The notes beneath the pieces were generated by a model, which was given only the letters and a program-made list of their open reading frames with translations, was not told the DNA's origin and made no database searches. From Candidatus Poribacteria bacterium (lineage in GTDB: Bacteria > Poribacteria > WGA-4E > UBA9662), in contig JAYZAL010000079.1 in the NCBI GenBank assembly GCA_036339735.1, forward strand, positions 1 to 64,000: a stretch of 64,000 nucleotides of DNA. The letters are read 5' to 3'. Both the position numbers and the translations under genes were made by a program. Shown here piece by piece: positions 21,033 through 30,343 of the stretch (position 1 is the stretch's first letter; every line of letters starts with the position of its first letter).

Positions 21033-21542
21033 CTATTTTGTATAGTTACTAAAATCATAATTAGTGATAGGATCATCACATAAACCAGTTCGTGGGTGAA
21101 TAGTATGGTGCTGATGGGCTAATGGGTTGCAACGGAATAATCGGTCCCCAATCAGTAAACAGCCCTTGAATAGACCGTAACGTAGGATAACCTGCTGTCC
21201 AAAGTGTGAGCAGCTGGGGGTGAAATTGCAGACTTGCATGTCCTGAGAAGAAACAAATCTTTGGTAGTAGTAGATCAGATTATTAAAAAACAAACGTGGA
21301 TATTTATACCAAGCGATTGTTTTTTTTTGTTTCTTAGTTCCTTCAGTTAAATTCACAAAATTCTGGTCTCGGCTTTCGCGGATGAGGTTCAAAATTAGTA
21401 GATTTTCATCGACCGAATTTGGTGCCGATTCGGCTAAACACCAAGAACTAAACAAAAACGAAAATAAAAAACTGAATTGGATAAAGAAGAATTGTACTTG
21501 TCCGATTTTATTATAGTTTAATTTTCTAAAATAATCATTCAA
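21033..21542 (-). CDS. YidD-like (membrane protein insertion efficiency factor domain) protein with N-terminal extension
   Basis: YYQRFVS..CNFTPSCS..YG..KG....DRL.RCNP..DDP. Confidence 0.75.
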   Translation of the reverse strand: MNDYFRKLNYNKIGQVQFFFIQFSFLFSFLFSSWCLAESAPNSVDENLLILNLIRESRDQNFVNLTEGTKKQKKTIAWYKYPRLFFNNLIYYYQRFVSSQDMQVCNFTPSCSHFGQQVILRYGLFKGCLLIGDRLFRCNPLAHQHHTIHPRTGLCDDPITNYDFSNYTK

Positions 21543-21664
21543 GGGTAGCCTCGATTGGGTTCATGGTATTTCCCTCATATTTTCGTTCAATTTTTCTTTG
21601 TCTCATGAGTAGTTTTATCTGAAAGTGGTTAGTCGTTATCAGATAGAGATGAATATTTTTTCGC

Positions 21665-22795
21665 CTAATGGACTGGCAAAATATCGGCAGGTAGCGTTAC
21701 TTCGTAGATCTGCGACCAACCAGAACGATCAGATGTAAAAACTATTAATTTACCATCGGGGCTGAAAGATGGATGAGGATGGGTGTGTTGAGGTGCATAA
21801 ACATTGATTGGCCCATTTGCATAGGGAAAAGGACCTTTCCAATGGTCTCCAACAGAAGATGCACCAGACTGGCAAATAATAGTTGGTTTACCTACTCCAT
21901 CCCTTGGATCAAACAGTTGAATGCCAATGTCAGGATAGTTAGTATCAGCAACCATTAAGGTTCCATCGGGACTACAAACAGCATGCCAAGCATTGAAGGT
22001 TGCCACACGTCTTTCGGCTCCATTATCAACATTGATACAACGAATACCGTTAGGCCAATCGACAAAAGCAAGCTCACGAGTCCTCGGAATCCAGGATTCA
22101 TGAGTAATCCATTCATTTAATATTCCATCCCTAGCATACAAGCGGCGATTATTAGAACCGTCTCGATTAATAACCCAAATTCGGTCCGTTAATGGCCCAG
22201 CGTAATATAGAAGGTTAGGATCATCAGGACAAAACTGCATGTGGCTAATGCTATCCCTTTGCAAAATGGTCTCCATTTGCCCAGTTTTCGTATCAACCAT
22301 AGCGATTGCGGATTGGGGGGAATCGGATTTTTCAGTATTAGTGTTATAGCGAATTGCCCACCATCGATCGTCGCCGCTTAAGGCTGTTGTACCCATTGCT
22401 GCAGCTACCGTACCCTGTTCTCGTAAATGGTCAACAGACATATTGACTAACTCAACTTCTTCCAGTGTATCTAGGTCGATTCGCCAACCACTAGTACCTG
22501 CAGTAAAAAAGACTGATTCTCCATCGTGAGACGGATAAATTGACCAAGGGCTAAGATTGTCCCTGTCAGTTAATTGGAGTAATTCACCACTTTGGCGAAT
22601 CTCAGCGAAAATCTGTGGTTTACCTGATCGTTCGGAGATGAAAAACAGCCGTTTCATTAAGTCATCATAAGCAGGAACAATAAAAAAGGGGTGGTGGTGA
22701 TTAGAAAAATCGGTTGTTACTTGGCGAATTTGAACGCCCGTTTCACTATCCCGAAAATTTAGAGATTCTGGAGGGTAAATTTCTCCTTTTGCCAT
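21665..22795 (-). CDS. Oligogalacturonate lyase-family beta-propeller
   Basis: FRD.ETGV.I.Q.T, H.QFCP.DP, THESW, HPHPSFSPDG...FTSD. Confidence 0.8.
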   Translation of the reverse strand: MAKGEIYPPESLNFRDSETGVQIRQVTTDFSNHHHPFFIVPAYDDLMKRLFFISERSGKPQIFAEIRQSGELLQLTDRDNLSPWSIYPSHDGESVFFTAGTSGWRIDLDTLEEVELVNMSVDHLREQGTVAAAMGTTALSGDDRWWAIRYNTNTEKSDSPQSAIAMVDTKTGQMETILQRDSISHMQFCPDDPNLLYYAGPLTDRIWVINRDGSNNRRLYARDGILNEWITHESWIPRTRELAFVDWPNGIRCINVDNGAERRVATFNAWHAVCSPDGTLMVADTNYPDIGIQLFDPRDGVGKPTIICQSGASSVGDHWKGPFPYANGPINVYAPQHTHPHPSFSPDGKLIVFTSDRSGWSQIYEVTLPADILPVH

Positions 22796-22903
22796 ATCTG
22801 ATTTCCTTAATGCTGTTTGTATATTCCTTTGCTAAACTGACAACTTCCTATTCCGTAATTGTCTCCTAGAATTGGTTCAGACAAGTTGAATGTCAGTTTT
22901 AAA

Positions 22904-23848
22904 TTATTTTTCGCATTGGTAACCAATAGCTTCTAGACGTTGGCGTATATCACCGACTGTATTTGGCGACAACTGACGCAGCGGACGCCTCATAGTCATA
23001 GAAGGGAAACGACCCATCAACCATCTTGCACACTTCATTCGTTGGTGAGCATCGCTACTCGGTTCGCCAAAATTATAAACAATTCGAGCTAATGGATCCA
23101 CCAGTTGCCGAGCTTTTCTGGCACCGACTAAATCAGCATTCAAAGCCGCGTGTACAACCTCCACCATCAATTCTGGTACAAAGCCTGCAAAACCAATTAA
23201 GGCACCATCGCAACCTTCGAGTAGGCTAGCTAATAGATATTCATCGTGACAAGTAAGTACTGGTACATCGGGTGCGGCCAGTTTCAGTTGTTCGTAATCC
23301 CAACGCCATCTTGCCATATCACGAGTACCCATTTTGATACAAACTACTTGTGGAATTTTGACTATTTCTAGCATTTCTTCCAAACTATAACCAGCTTTGG
23401 TCCAAGCGGGATATTGATGCACTATGATCGGTAAATCAGCCCCTTCAGCTACATCTTCAAAGAAGCCAACAGCAGTCTCGAAAGTCCGACCGAAACGTAA
23501 CCAGTGATGAGGTGGCATCAATAAAACTGCATCTGCACCGACTGATTTCGCTGCTTGTGCTTGATCTATAGCGGAGCTACTTCCTTCGCCACTAACACCT
23601 GAAATCACTTTGACTTTATCACCGACTGCGTTAGCGCTGATCTGGGTAACTTGAGCCCTTTCATTGTCTTTTAATGACATTATCTCGCCTGTATGACCGT
23701 TACAAACAACCCCTTTAATTCCATCGATATCAGCCAGGCCTTTCATGTAGCTTGCCAACCCTTCTGTGTCAATTGATTCGTCAGGGTTAAATGGACACAG
23801 GGTTGCTGGAAATACACCAGCCCACGGATGATTTTTCCAATCAATCAT
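22904..23848 (-). CDS. DHDPS/NAL-family aldolase or dehydratase
   Basis: GVFPA...PF, NGHTGE, Schiff-base Lys in CIKMG; ATG 23848 preferred over 23890. Confidence 0.85.
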   Translation of the reverse strand: MIDWKNHPWAGVFPATLCPFNPDESIDTEGLASYMKGLADIDGIKGVVCNGHTGEIMSLKDNERAQVTQISANAVGDKVKVISGVSGEGSSSAIDQAQAAKSVGADAVLLMPPHHWLRFGRTFETAVGFFEDVAEGADLPIIVHQYPAWTKAGYSLEEMLEIVKIPQVVCIKMGTRDMARWRWDYEQLKLAAPDVPVLTCHDEYLLASLLEGCDGALIGFAGFVPELMVEVVHAALNADLVGARKARQLVDPLARIVYNFGEPSSDAHQRMKCARWLMGRFPSMTMRRPLRQLSPNTVGDIRQRLEAIGYQCEK

Positions 23849-24025
23849 AATTATTGTTCCTCGAAAGATTATATTTGCTAGGTCAGCCAAAAACAGCCTA
23901 CATTATACACTAAAGATAGGACAAGAAAAAGATTAGGAACTGATTAAAATGAGTTGGTCGTTAATGATTCTCTTTTGTATAATTACTCATTACTATTAAC
24001 TAACGACGTCCTGACAGGAGATTCA

Positions 24026-24913
24026 ATGTCTGATTTTAGAAACCTAGATGTACCAGACGAAGCTGTCGCAATTCACTGGTTCGAGCAAAGTTCCTTTGCA
24101 ATCAAAAGTAGGACAGGAACGACTATTTTGGTTGATCCCTACTTTCCACAAGAACGTCCGTCAGATCGATTTATTTATGCTCAGCCACCGGTTGAAGAAG
24201 CTGAATTTCCAACTGATCTGGTTTTATTAACACATGATCATGGGGATCACACCTGTGTAGAGTCCCTGCAACGGTTGGAAAATGCTTGGCAACCTGCATG
24301 CTATATCGGTCCAATTGAAAGCTTGACCAGAATTTCTAACGATATGGAACCCAGTCCACAATCAAACAAAGATACTTCTATTCAGGTTAGTATTGATGAC
24401 AAACCAATTGCGGGATTTTCTCATTCTGTATTGCCAAGCCAAAAATCCGTGGAAGCCATAGCCGGCCAAACCATTGACTGCGTCCTGAATGATGAAAAAA
24501 TTACTATTTATCCGGTTTACTCCAAACCTCCCAACGGCGACTCATCTGCTGATATTGATCCACCAGATGTAACGCACTTAGGTTATGTTCTTGACGTCTC
24601 GGGTGTAAAGATCTATATTTCAGGAGATCCAATAAATAATTTTGCCGATCACGATAGCCTAGTACAACCGATTCTAGCACTACAGCCTGACATTGGTTTT
24701 TTAACTACACACCCAACCGAAGGTGAGTTCCCGTTCTTCGATGGTAGTCTGAGTATGGCTCAAAAATTAAAATTGAAGCATGCGGTACCTACTCACCGAG
24801 CTTGTTTTGTCACACGTGATTATGATCCACAGTCATGGGCTAACACTTTTGGTAAAAACGATCCAACCCCTTTGGTTATGGAACGTAACACCCACATTGT
24901 TTATCCAGCTTAA
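24026..24913 (+). CDS. MBL-fold hydrolase (UlaG-like)
   Basis: LVDPY, THDHGDH, YISGD, PTH; AGGAG RBS before ATG 24026. Confidence 0.85.
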   Translation: MSDFRNLDVPDEAVAIHWFEQSSFAIKSRTGTTILVDPYFPQERPSDRFIYAQPPVEEAEFPTDLVLLTHDHGDHTCVESLQRLENAWQPACYIGPIESLTRISNDMEPSPQSNKDTSIQVSIDDKPIAGFSHSVLPSQKSVEAIAGQTIDCVLNDEKITIYPVYSKPPNGDSSADIDPPDVTHLGYVLDVSGVKIYISGDPINNFADHDSLVQPILALQPDIGFLTTHPTEGEFPFFDGSLSMAQKLKLKHAVPTHRACFVTRDYDPQSWANTFGKNDPTPLVMERNTHIVYPA

Positions 24914-24922
24914 TTTGTTCTG

Positions 24923-25708
24923 ATGATTAGCCAATCCGAAAAATTCTTTTTTGATAATAATGGTTATTTAGTTTTGGAACAATTTTTAGATTCTGAATTG
25001 ACTAGAGATCTGCTACAAACTGTTAAGCGAGTGGCTAATCTGAGAAGAAAGTTATGTACAGAAGAAGTTGAACACACTGGAATAACCCATATTAACGATC
25101 AAAACACTCGCTATTTTTACATTTTGGATGATGACCCCTTATTCTTGACAATGTTAAATTATCCACCTATTATGGCCTATGTTGAAGGTTTACTGAATTC
25201 TAGGCCTCATCATCATGCATCTGACGCAGTTTTAGAATTCGGGCCAGTTGGGCGAGATATGGCTTGGCACATTGATGGGCACGATGAAGGTTACCGGGGG
25301 CTAGCCCGACCGATTCCCCTACTTCAACTGAAGGTTGGTTACTATCTGACCGATATGACTGAAGCTGGTCAGGGTAATCTGAGCCTAATCCCGGGTAGTC
25401 ACAAGAGTATGACTGATCCATCTGCTGATGATTTGCAAAAAAAAGAATTATTCGATGGTGCCATCCAAGTTTGTGCGCCAGCGGGTACAGCCATTCTGTT
25501 TCATAATGCTCTTTGGCACTCTAGTGGCCCTTGGTATAAACAGGACGGCCAGAGAATAATGCTTTACTATGCGTATGAGCATCCTTGGATGATTGCTTCA
25601 GCTGAACACTGGAACTATCCCGCTAAGTTTTACAATGCGCTTTCTTCAGATCGAAGGAAACTGTTCCATGGTTTTGTTTTTGATCCCCCAGAAATCCGTT
25701 GGGGATAG
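24923..25708 (+). CDS. PhyH-family Fe(II)/2-oxoglutarate dioxygenase
   Basis: FFDNNGYL, WHID, IPGSH, AGTAILFH..LWH. Confidence 0.9.
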   Translation: MISQSEKFFFDNNGYLVLEQFLDSELTRDLLQTVKRVANLRRKLCTEEVEHTGITHINDQNTRYFYILDDDPLFLTMLNYPPIMAYVEGLLNSRPHHHASDAVLEFGPVGRDMAWHIDGHDEGYRGLARPIPLLQLKVGYYLTDMTEAGQGNLSLIPGSHKSMTDPSADDLQKKELFDGAIQVCAPAGTAILFHNALWHSSGPWYKQDGQRIMLYYAYEHPWMIASAEHWNYPAKFYNALSSDRRKLFHGFVFDPPEIRWG

Positions 25709-25743
25709 ATCTGAGCAATTATAGAAATCCAGAGTCAATACTG

Positions 25744-26067
25744 ATGTTGTCGTCGGAAAAAGATATTCAAGCCGTTATTGAGCAGTATCTTCGCTTGCTA
25801 GAGCAACGGAAACTGCTAGTATACATCAAAAATAATAGCGGTGCTTTGAAGACTGAACGTGGTAGTTTTTTGCGTTTTGGTAAAGCAGGTTCACCTGATT
25901 TTCTAATTTTTTTATCCGATGGTAAAACCATACATTTGGAGGTTAAAAACCATCGAGGGCGTCAAACAGAAAGCCAGAATCAATACCAAAAACAGGTTGA
26001 ATCCTTAGGGCATCAGTATTATGTAGCCCGGAGTTTAAAAGAATTGATCGAATTTTTGGAATTTTAA
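25744..26067 (+). CDS. Stand-alone VRR-NUC domain nuclease (PD-(D/E)xK)
   Basis: SEKDIQ..I..YL, G.PD, LEVK..GRQT..Q..YQ, VARS. Confidence 0.85.
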   Translation: MLSSEKDIQAVIEQYLRLLEQRKLLVYIKNNSGALKTERGSFLRFGKAGSPDFLIFLSDGKTIHLEVKNHRGRQTESQNQYQKQVESLGHQYYVARSLKELIEFLEF

Positions 26068-26188
26068 TCCATCAACAGTAAATAAAAAGTATAATGGACG
26101 GTTTTGTCACAAGAAAATTAGTCCACTAGAATGAAGTTAACCCTAACTGATTATTCTAGCCAAGTAGAAGATGATCTGGAGTAAACAA

Positions 26189-27586
26189 ATGAAGACCATG
26201 TTTGAAAAGATTTGGAATAAGCATGTGGTTCGGGCGTCAGACACTGAAGCCACTATCTTATATATCGACACACATTTAGTTCATGAGGTTACTTCACCTC
26301 AAGCCTTTGAGGGACTGCGTGTTTCAGGTCGATCTGTTCGGAGACCGGATCGAACCTTTGCTACAATGGATCATAACGTTCCAACCACTGACCGATCACT
26401 ACCCATTACTGACTTAATCGCAAAAAAACAGATGGAAACACTTTCTCAGAATTGTCAGGAGTTTGGGGTGACACTCTATGACTTGGATAATCCCAAACAA
26501 GGTATTGTTCATGTTATTGGTCCTGAGCTCGGTTTAACTCAACCTGGCATGACGATTGTGTGTGGAGATAGTCATACTTCAACCCATGGCGCTTTTGGAG
26601 CTTTATCATTTGGTATTGGCACCAGTGAAATTGAGCACGTATTGGCTACACAGTGCTTACTTCAGCGCAAACCAAATACCTTACAGATTGACATTGAAGG
26701 TCAACTCCCATTTGGAGTTACGGCCAAAGATATCATATTAACTGTTATTGGTCAGATCGGTACTGACGGTGGAACTGGCTCCGTAATCGAGTTCACAGGT
26801 TCGGCTATCCGAAGCCTGACCATGGAAGAAAGAATGACTGTCTGTAATATGGCCATTGAAGCTGGCGCTAGAGCAGGTATGATTGCACCTGATGATACAA
26901 CTTATCAGTACCTTTCTGGTTTAGAATTTTCCCCTAAAGGAACTGATTTTGACTTAGCAGTTGAGACATGGAAGCAATTGCCGACAGATATTGGAGCTAC
27001 TTACGATCGCATTGTATCTATCCGTGCTGAAGATCTTCAACCTCAGGTCACTTGGGGTACTTCACCAGAAATGGTACTAGATATTGGTGCTAATATTCCA
27101 GACCCAAATGAAATAGAAAACTCAGACGAAAAGAGAGCGACGAACCGGGCTTTGGAGTACATGGGGCTAACCCCCGGGACACCTATTGATCAAATTGAAA
27201 TTGACAAAGTTTTTATTGGTAGTTGTACTAATTCGCGAATTTCTGACTTGCGGACTGCTGCGCAAATTGCCAAAGGGCGACAAGTCAGCAACCGAGTCAA
27301 CGCAATTGTGGTTCCAGGATCAAAGGCGGTCAAACGTGAAGCTGAAGCTGAAGGTTTAGACCAAATTTTCAAAGCAGCAGGATTTGAGTGGCGTGAAGCT
27401 GGTTGTAGTATGTGTCTAGCTATGAACCCTGACAAACTTCAACCAGGCGAACGGTGTGCGAGCACTTCTAATCGAAATTTTGAAGGTAGACAAGGCAAAG
27501 GTGGCAGGACGCACCTCGTCAGCCCGCAAATGGCTGCAGCAGCCGCAATTCAAGGGCGATTCGTTGATATTCGTACTTGGGATTGA
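26189..27586 (+). CDS. leuC: 3-isopropylmalate dehydratase large subunit
   Basis: [49 protein letters not shown]. Confidence 0.97.
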   Translation: MKTMFEKIWNKHVVRASDTEATILYIDTHLVHEVTSPQAFEGLRVSGRSVRRPDRTFATMDHNVPTTDRSLPITDLIAKKQMETLSQNCQEFGVTLYDLDNPKQGIVHVIGPELGLTQPGMTIVCGDSHTSTHGAFGALSFGIGTSEIEHVLATQCLLQRKPNTLQIDIEGQLPFGVTAKDIILTVIGQIGTDGGTGSVIEFTGSAIRSLTMEERMTVCNMAIEAGARAGMIAPDDTTYQYLSGLEFSPKGTDFDLAVETWKQLPTDIGATYDRIVSIRAEDLQPQVTWGTSPEMVLDIGANIPDPNEIENSDEKRATNRALEYMGLTPGTPIDQIEIDKVFIGSCTNSRISDLRTAAQIAKGRQVSNRVNAIVVPGSKAVKREAEAEGLDQIFKAAGFEWREAGCSMCLAMNPDKLQPGERCASTSNRNFEGRQGKGGRTHLVSPQMAAAAAIQGRFVDIRTWD

Positions 27587-27616
27587 TCAGTTTAGCATTT
27601 CTGTTCTAACTTTCTA

Positions 27617-28669
27617 TTGGTCGTGAACCCGCTGACAAATCTTACTCAACAAGCTAATATTCTGTTAATTAGACTTAGCTCGCTAGGGGACGTGTTATTA
27701 ACGACTCCAGCTATTCGAACCTTGCGGCAACGGTTACCTCGAACCAAAATTTCCATGCTTACGGATGAACCTTACAGGGATTTAGTAAATCAAAACCCAC
27801 ACCTAGATGAGGTTCTGACTGTAAACCGAAAGGATAAGGGCCTTGTGCCTAGTTTACAGTTGATTAATCTATTACGCTCTAAAAAATTTGATGTGGTTTT
27901 TGACTTCCAAAGAAAGTTTGGTACAAGTCTGATTAGTTGGTTGACACAAGCCCAAATAAGGGTCGGCTTTCACCGGCCCAACGGTTATTTACTGACTACT
28001 CCTGTAGAGATCGATCGGCATAATAGGCAACACGTTATCGATGACTATTTTCAACTGCTCGGGGTCGTCGGTATTCCAGCAGATGATCGGGAATTAGAAC
28101 TACATGTTTCTCAAGAAAATCGAGCTTTTGCAGCACAAAAAATAGGGCAAGAATCAGTTGCGATTCCGGGGCCAACGCTAGGCCTTTTTCCTGGAGCCAG
28201 TTGGGAATTCAAACAGTGGCCCCCCCAGCGATTTGTCGAAATTGGCCGTCGCTATATCCAAGATTATCAAGGGAGAGTTCTAGTCTTTGGCAGCTCAACA
28301 GAAAGAGCGCTGTCAGAACATATTGCCGAGCAAATTGGGTCATCTGCAAAGTCTCTAGCGGGGGAATTCCGCTTGGGTCAATTAGCCGGTTTTATCGAGC
28401 ATTGTGACTTATTCATTGCTAATGACACAGGACCGATGCATATGGCCACAGCCTTAGGTATACCAACAATCTGCCTGTTCGGCCCCGGGAATTATCACAA
28501 ATTCCGGCCACTATCTGGCAAACACATAGCCCTTCGATATGAGATAGCATGTAGTCCCTGTAAACCATTCAACAAACATTGCCAAATCAACGAATGTATG
28601 CAGGGAATATCGGTCAACTTAGTCTGGGAAGCAACCTGTCAACAGCTAAACAAAAATCTGTCTTATTAG
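27617..28669 (+). CDS. LPS heptosyltransferase (GT9, WaaF-like)
   Basis: IRLSSLGDV, PGA....KQWP, NDTGPMH.A.A, LFGP. Confidence 0.9.
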   Translation: MVVNPLTNLTQQANILLIRLSSLGDVLLTTPAIRTLRQRLPRTKISMLTDEPYRDLVNQNPHLDEVLTVNRKDKGLVPSLQLINLLRSKKFDVVFDFQRKFGTSLISWLTQAQIRVGFHRPNGYLLTTPVEIDRHNRQHVIDDYFQLLGVVGIPADDRELELHVSQENRAFAAQKIGQESVAIPGPTLGLFPGASWEFKQWPPQRFVEIGRRYIQDYQGRVLVFGSSTERALSEHIAEQIGSSAKSLAGEFRLGQLAGFIEHCDLFIANDTGPMHMATALGIPTICLFGPGNYHKFRPLSGKHIALRYEIACSPCKPFNKHCQINECMQGISVNLVWEATCQQLNKNLSY

Positions 28670-29977
28670 TTAGATATCACCTAACAGTTTGGTTTTCTTG
28701 CTATCGAATTCTTCTTGGCTAATGTGTCCATTTTCTAATAGGTCAGCTAGAGTGGCTATTTCTTGAGCTGGACTGATAGTTACTCCGGGAGTGTCCTCAT
28801 CCGTCCCCATAAACTCATCAATAATTCCACCGACGGCACCCAACAACATGGCAAAAACGGCCACACTCATTAATCCACCTATACCGGCCAAAATTTGGCC
28901 CGCTGGTGTAATAGGAGAAACATCACCATAGCCGACAGTGGTAAGTGTAATAATACCCCACCACATAGCTTGGGTAATATGACCAAAAGAGTCTGGTTGG
29001 GCACCTCTTTCAAAGAAGACCATTAAAGCGCTAAACATAACAACAGACATCCCTAGAAACATCAGCGCCATCACCAAACTCATTGTAGTCGCTTGAGCTT
29101 TAATTTCTTCAGGCGTTTTGTCTGAAGTATCCATCACTGTAGTTGCTAATTTTAGCATTCTTAACAACCTCATCAGACGCAGCAGACGCAATGTCTTAAC
29201 AATTCTCAAGCCTGCCAACCCACCGGCCCCTCCTGACAAAACTATTTTGACTATTGGTTCTATCAAGGACGGAGCAATCGCGGCAGCGTCAATAATTCCG
29301 TTAACACTCAGTGTGTAGCGGCCAGGCTTCGGCATATTAACATAACAGGTTCCGAAGTACTCAACCATAAACAGTACAAGTGCAATAAGGTCGATAATCT
29401 TCAATACTGTAAACTTGATATAGGTTTGATCGGCAATAACCGAATCCCATGCCATGTAACTTTCTCTTAGCGCTTGGTATTCTTCGTCATTAGCAAAATC
29501 CGGATCACTACTTCTAAAATATGTAACAGCCTTAACAAAATTTTCGTGTATTTTGGCAGGTTCAACTGAAGTTAACTCTGGGGAAGCAGTATTAGCAGTA
29601 GCCAGATAAATATCATACAAGGCTTGATTTTCGGTCAAATAGTCTGGGTGGGAAGTTAAACGCAATTCAACTGTCTCTGCAAAGGTTGATGCGTACAACT
29701 CTTTATCGTATTTGGCTTGATTGATCGCAGCAAAAAGTTCTGGGTTGTTAGACTCAATGTCACGATATGTTTGCTCTGCTGAGGTCTGTGCAATCTCGAT
29801 TTCGTTATCAACCCAAGATTCAAAAATTATAGCTCCAATCGAAATGAATATAAGCGCGTTGATCAGATACGTGACAAATATTTTATGTTTGATATTATCT
29901 GGATCATCAAAAGTCTCGAACATGAACAAGGCAAACCCACTCTTGCCTTCCAATTTAGACCTATCGTAATTCGTCAT
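28670..29977 (-). CDS. Voltage-gated K+ channel (6TM) with large S1-S2 insertion and C-terminal SHOCT domain
   Basis: S4 RIVKTLRLLRLMRLLRMLK; filter WW...TLTTVGYGD; C-terminal LLENGHISQEEFDSKK.KLL. Confidence 0.9.
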   Translation of the reverse strand: MTNYDRSKLEGKSGFALFMFETFDDPDNIKHKIFVTYLINALIFISIGAIIFESWVDNEIEIAQTSAEQTYRDIESNNPELFAAINQAKYDKELYASTFAETVELRLTSHPDYLTENQALYDIYLATANTASPELTSVEPAKIHENFVKAVTYFRSSDPDFANDEEYQALRESYMAWDSVIADQTYIKFTVLKIIDLIALVLFMVEYFGTCYVNMPKPGRYTLSVNGIIDAAAIAPSLIEPIVKIVLSGGAGGLAGLRIVKTLRLLRLMRLLRMLKLATTVMDTSDKTPEEIKAQATTMSLVMALMFLGMSVVMFSALMVFFERGAQPDSFGHITQAMWWGIITLTTVGYGDVSPITPAGQILAGIGGLMSVAVFAMLLGAVGGIIDEFMGTDEDTPGVTISPAQEIATLADLLENGHISQEEFDSKKTKLLGDI

Positions 29978-30019
29978 AATCTGCTAAACTTCAACCTCTG
30001 TTTATCTTGTTTGAAAATT

Positions 30020-30190
30020 TCTTCTGTGTGGGGGATGGGATCCACGTAAAACGTACACCCTGCGTAATTCTAGATCGATCTTCGGTACTAGTCCTGCATT
30101 ACTAAGCCACGGATGACACTGATCTAGTTCCATCTTGCCATTGACTGCTAACGATACATATCGACCTGACAAACAGGCACACGGAAATCC
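30020..30190 (-). ncRNA. Candidate structured RNA (6S-like, or a cis-regulatory leader of the K+ channel)
   Basis: Terminal pairing 30022-30030/30178-30186, inner stem CTAGATC/GATCTAG, three local hairpins; starts at the predicted TSS of a strong promoter. Confidence 0.45.
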
Positions 30191-30196
30191 AGACCG

Positions 30197-30225
30197 ATTA
30201 TATCAGATTTGGTTTTCTTCGTAAA
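30197..30225 (-). promoter_or_regulatory. Sigma-70 promoter for the RNA element and K+ channel
   Basis: TTTACG-17bp-TATAAT with extended TG. Confidence 0.75.
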
Positions 30226-30292
30226 GACTTTTTTAAATATAATTGTTTTGATGATTTTCGTACTGGCTGTTCAAAAACTTCGTGCATATATC

Positions 30293-30301
30293 TGATATAA
30301 T
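30293..30301 (+). promoter_or_regulatory. Extended -10 promoter for the aldolase-like gene
   Basis: TGATATAAT about 43 bp before the ATG; GAGGA RBS. Confidence 0.55.
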
Positions 30302-30343
30302 ATTTTTACGACAGGACGTAATTAAGTCTGAGGAATAGTAATT

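Noticed and set aside
30038-30098. raiA-motif or ydaO riboswitch identity for the RNA element
   Set aside because: Only short word matches (GATCCACGTAA, AGTCCTGC); pairing partners and other conserved blocks are missing
30137-30180. SRP RNA-like UCAGG...AGCAG on the minus strand
   Set aside because: No GNRA tetraloop and wrong helix-8 spacing
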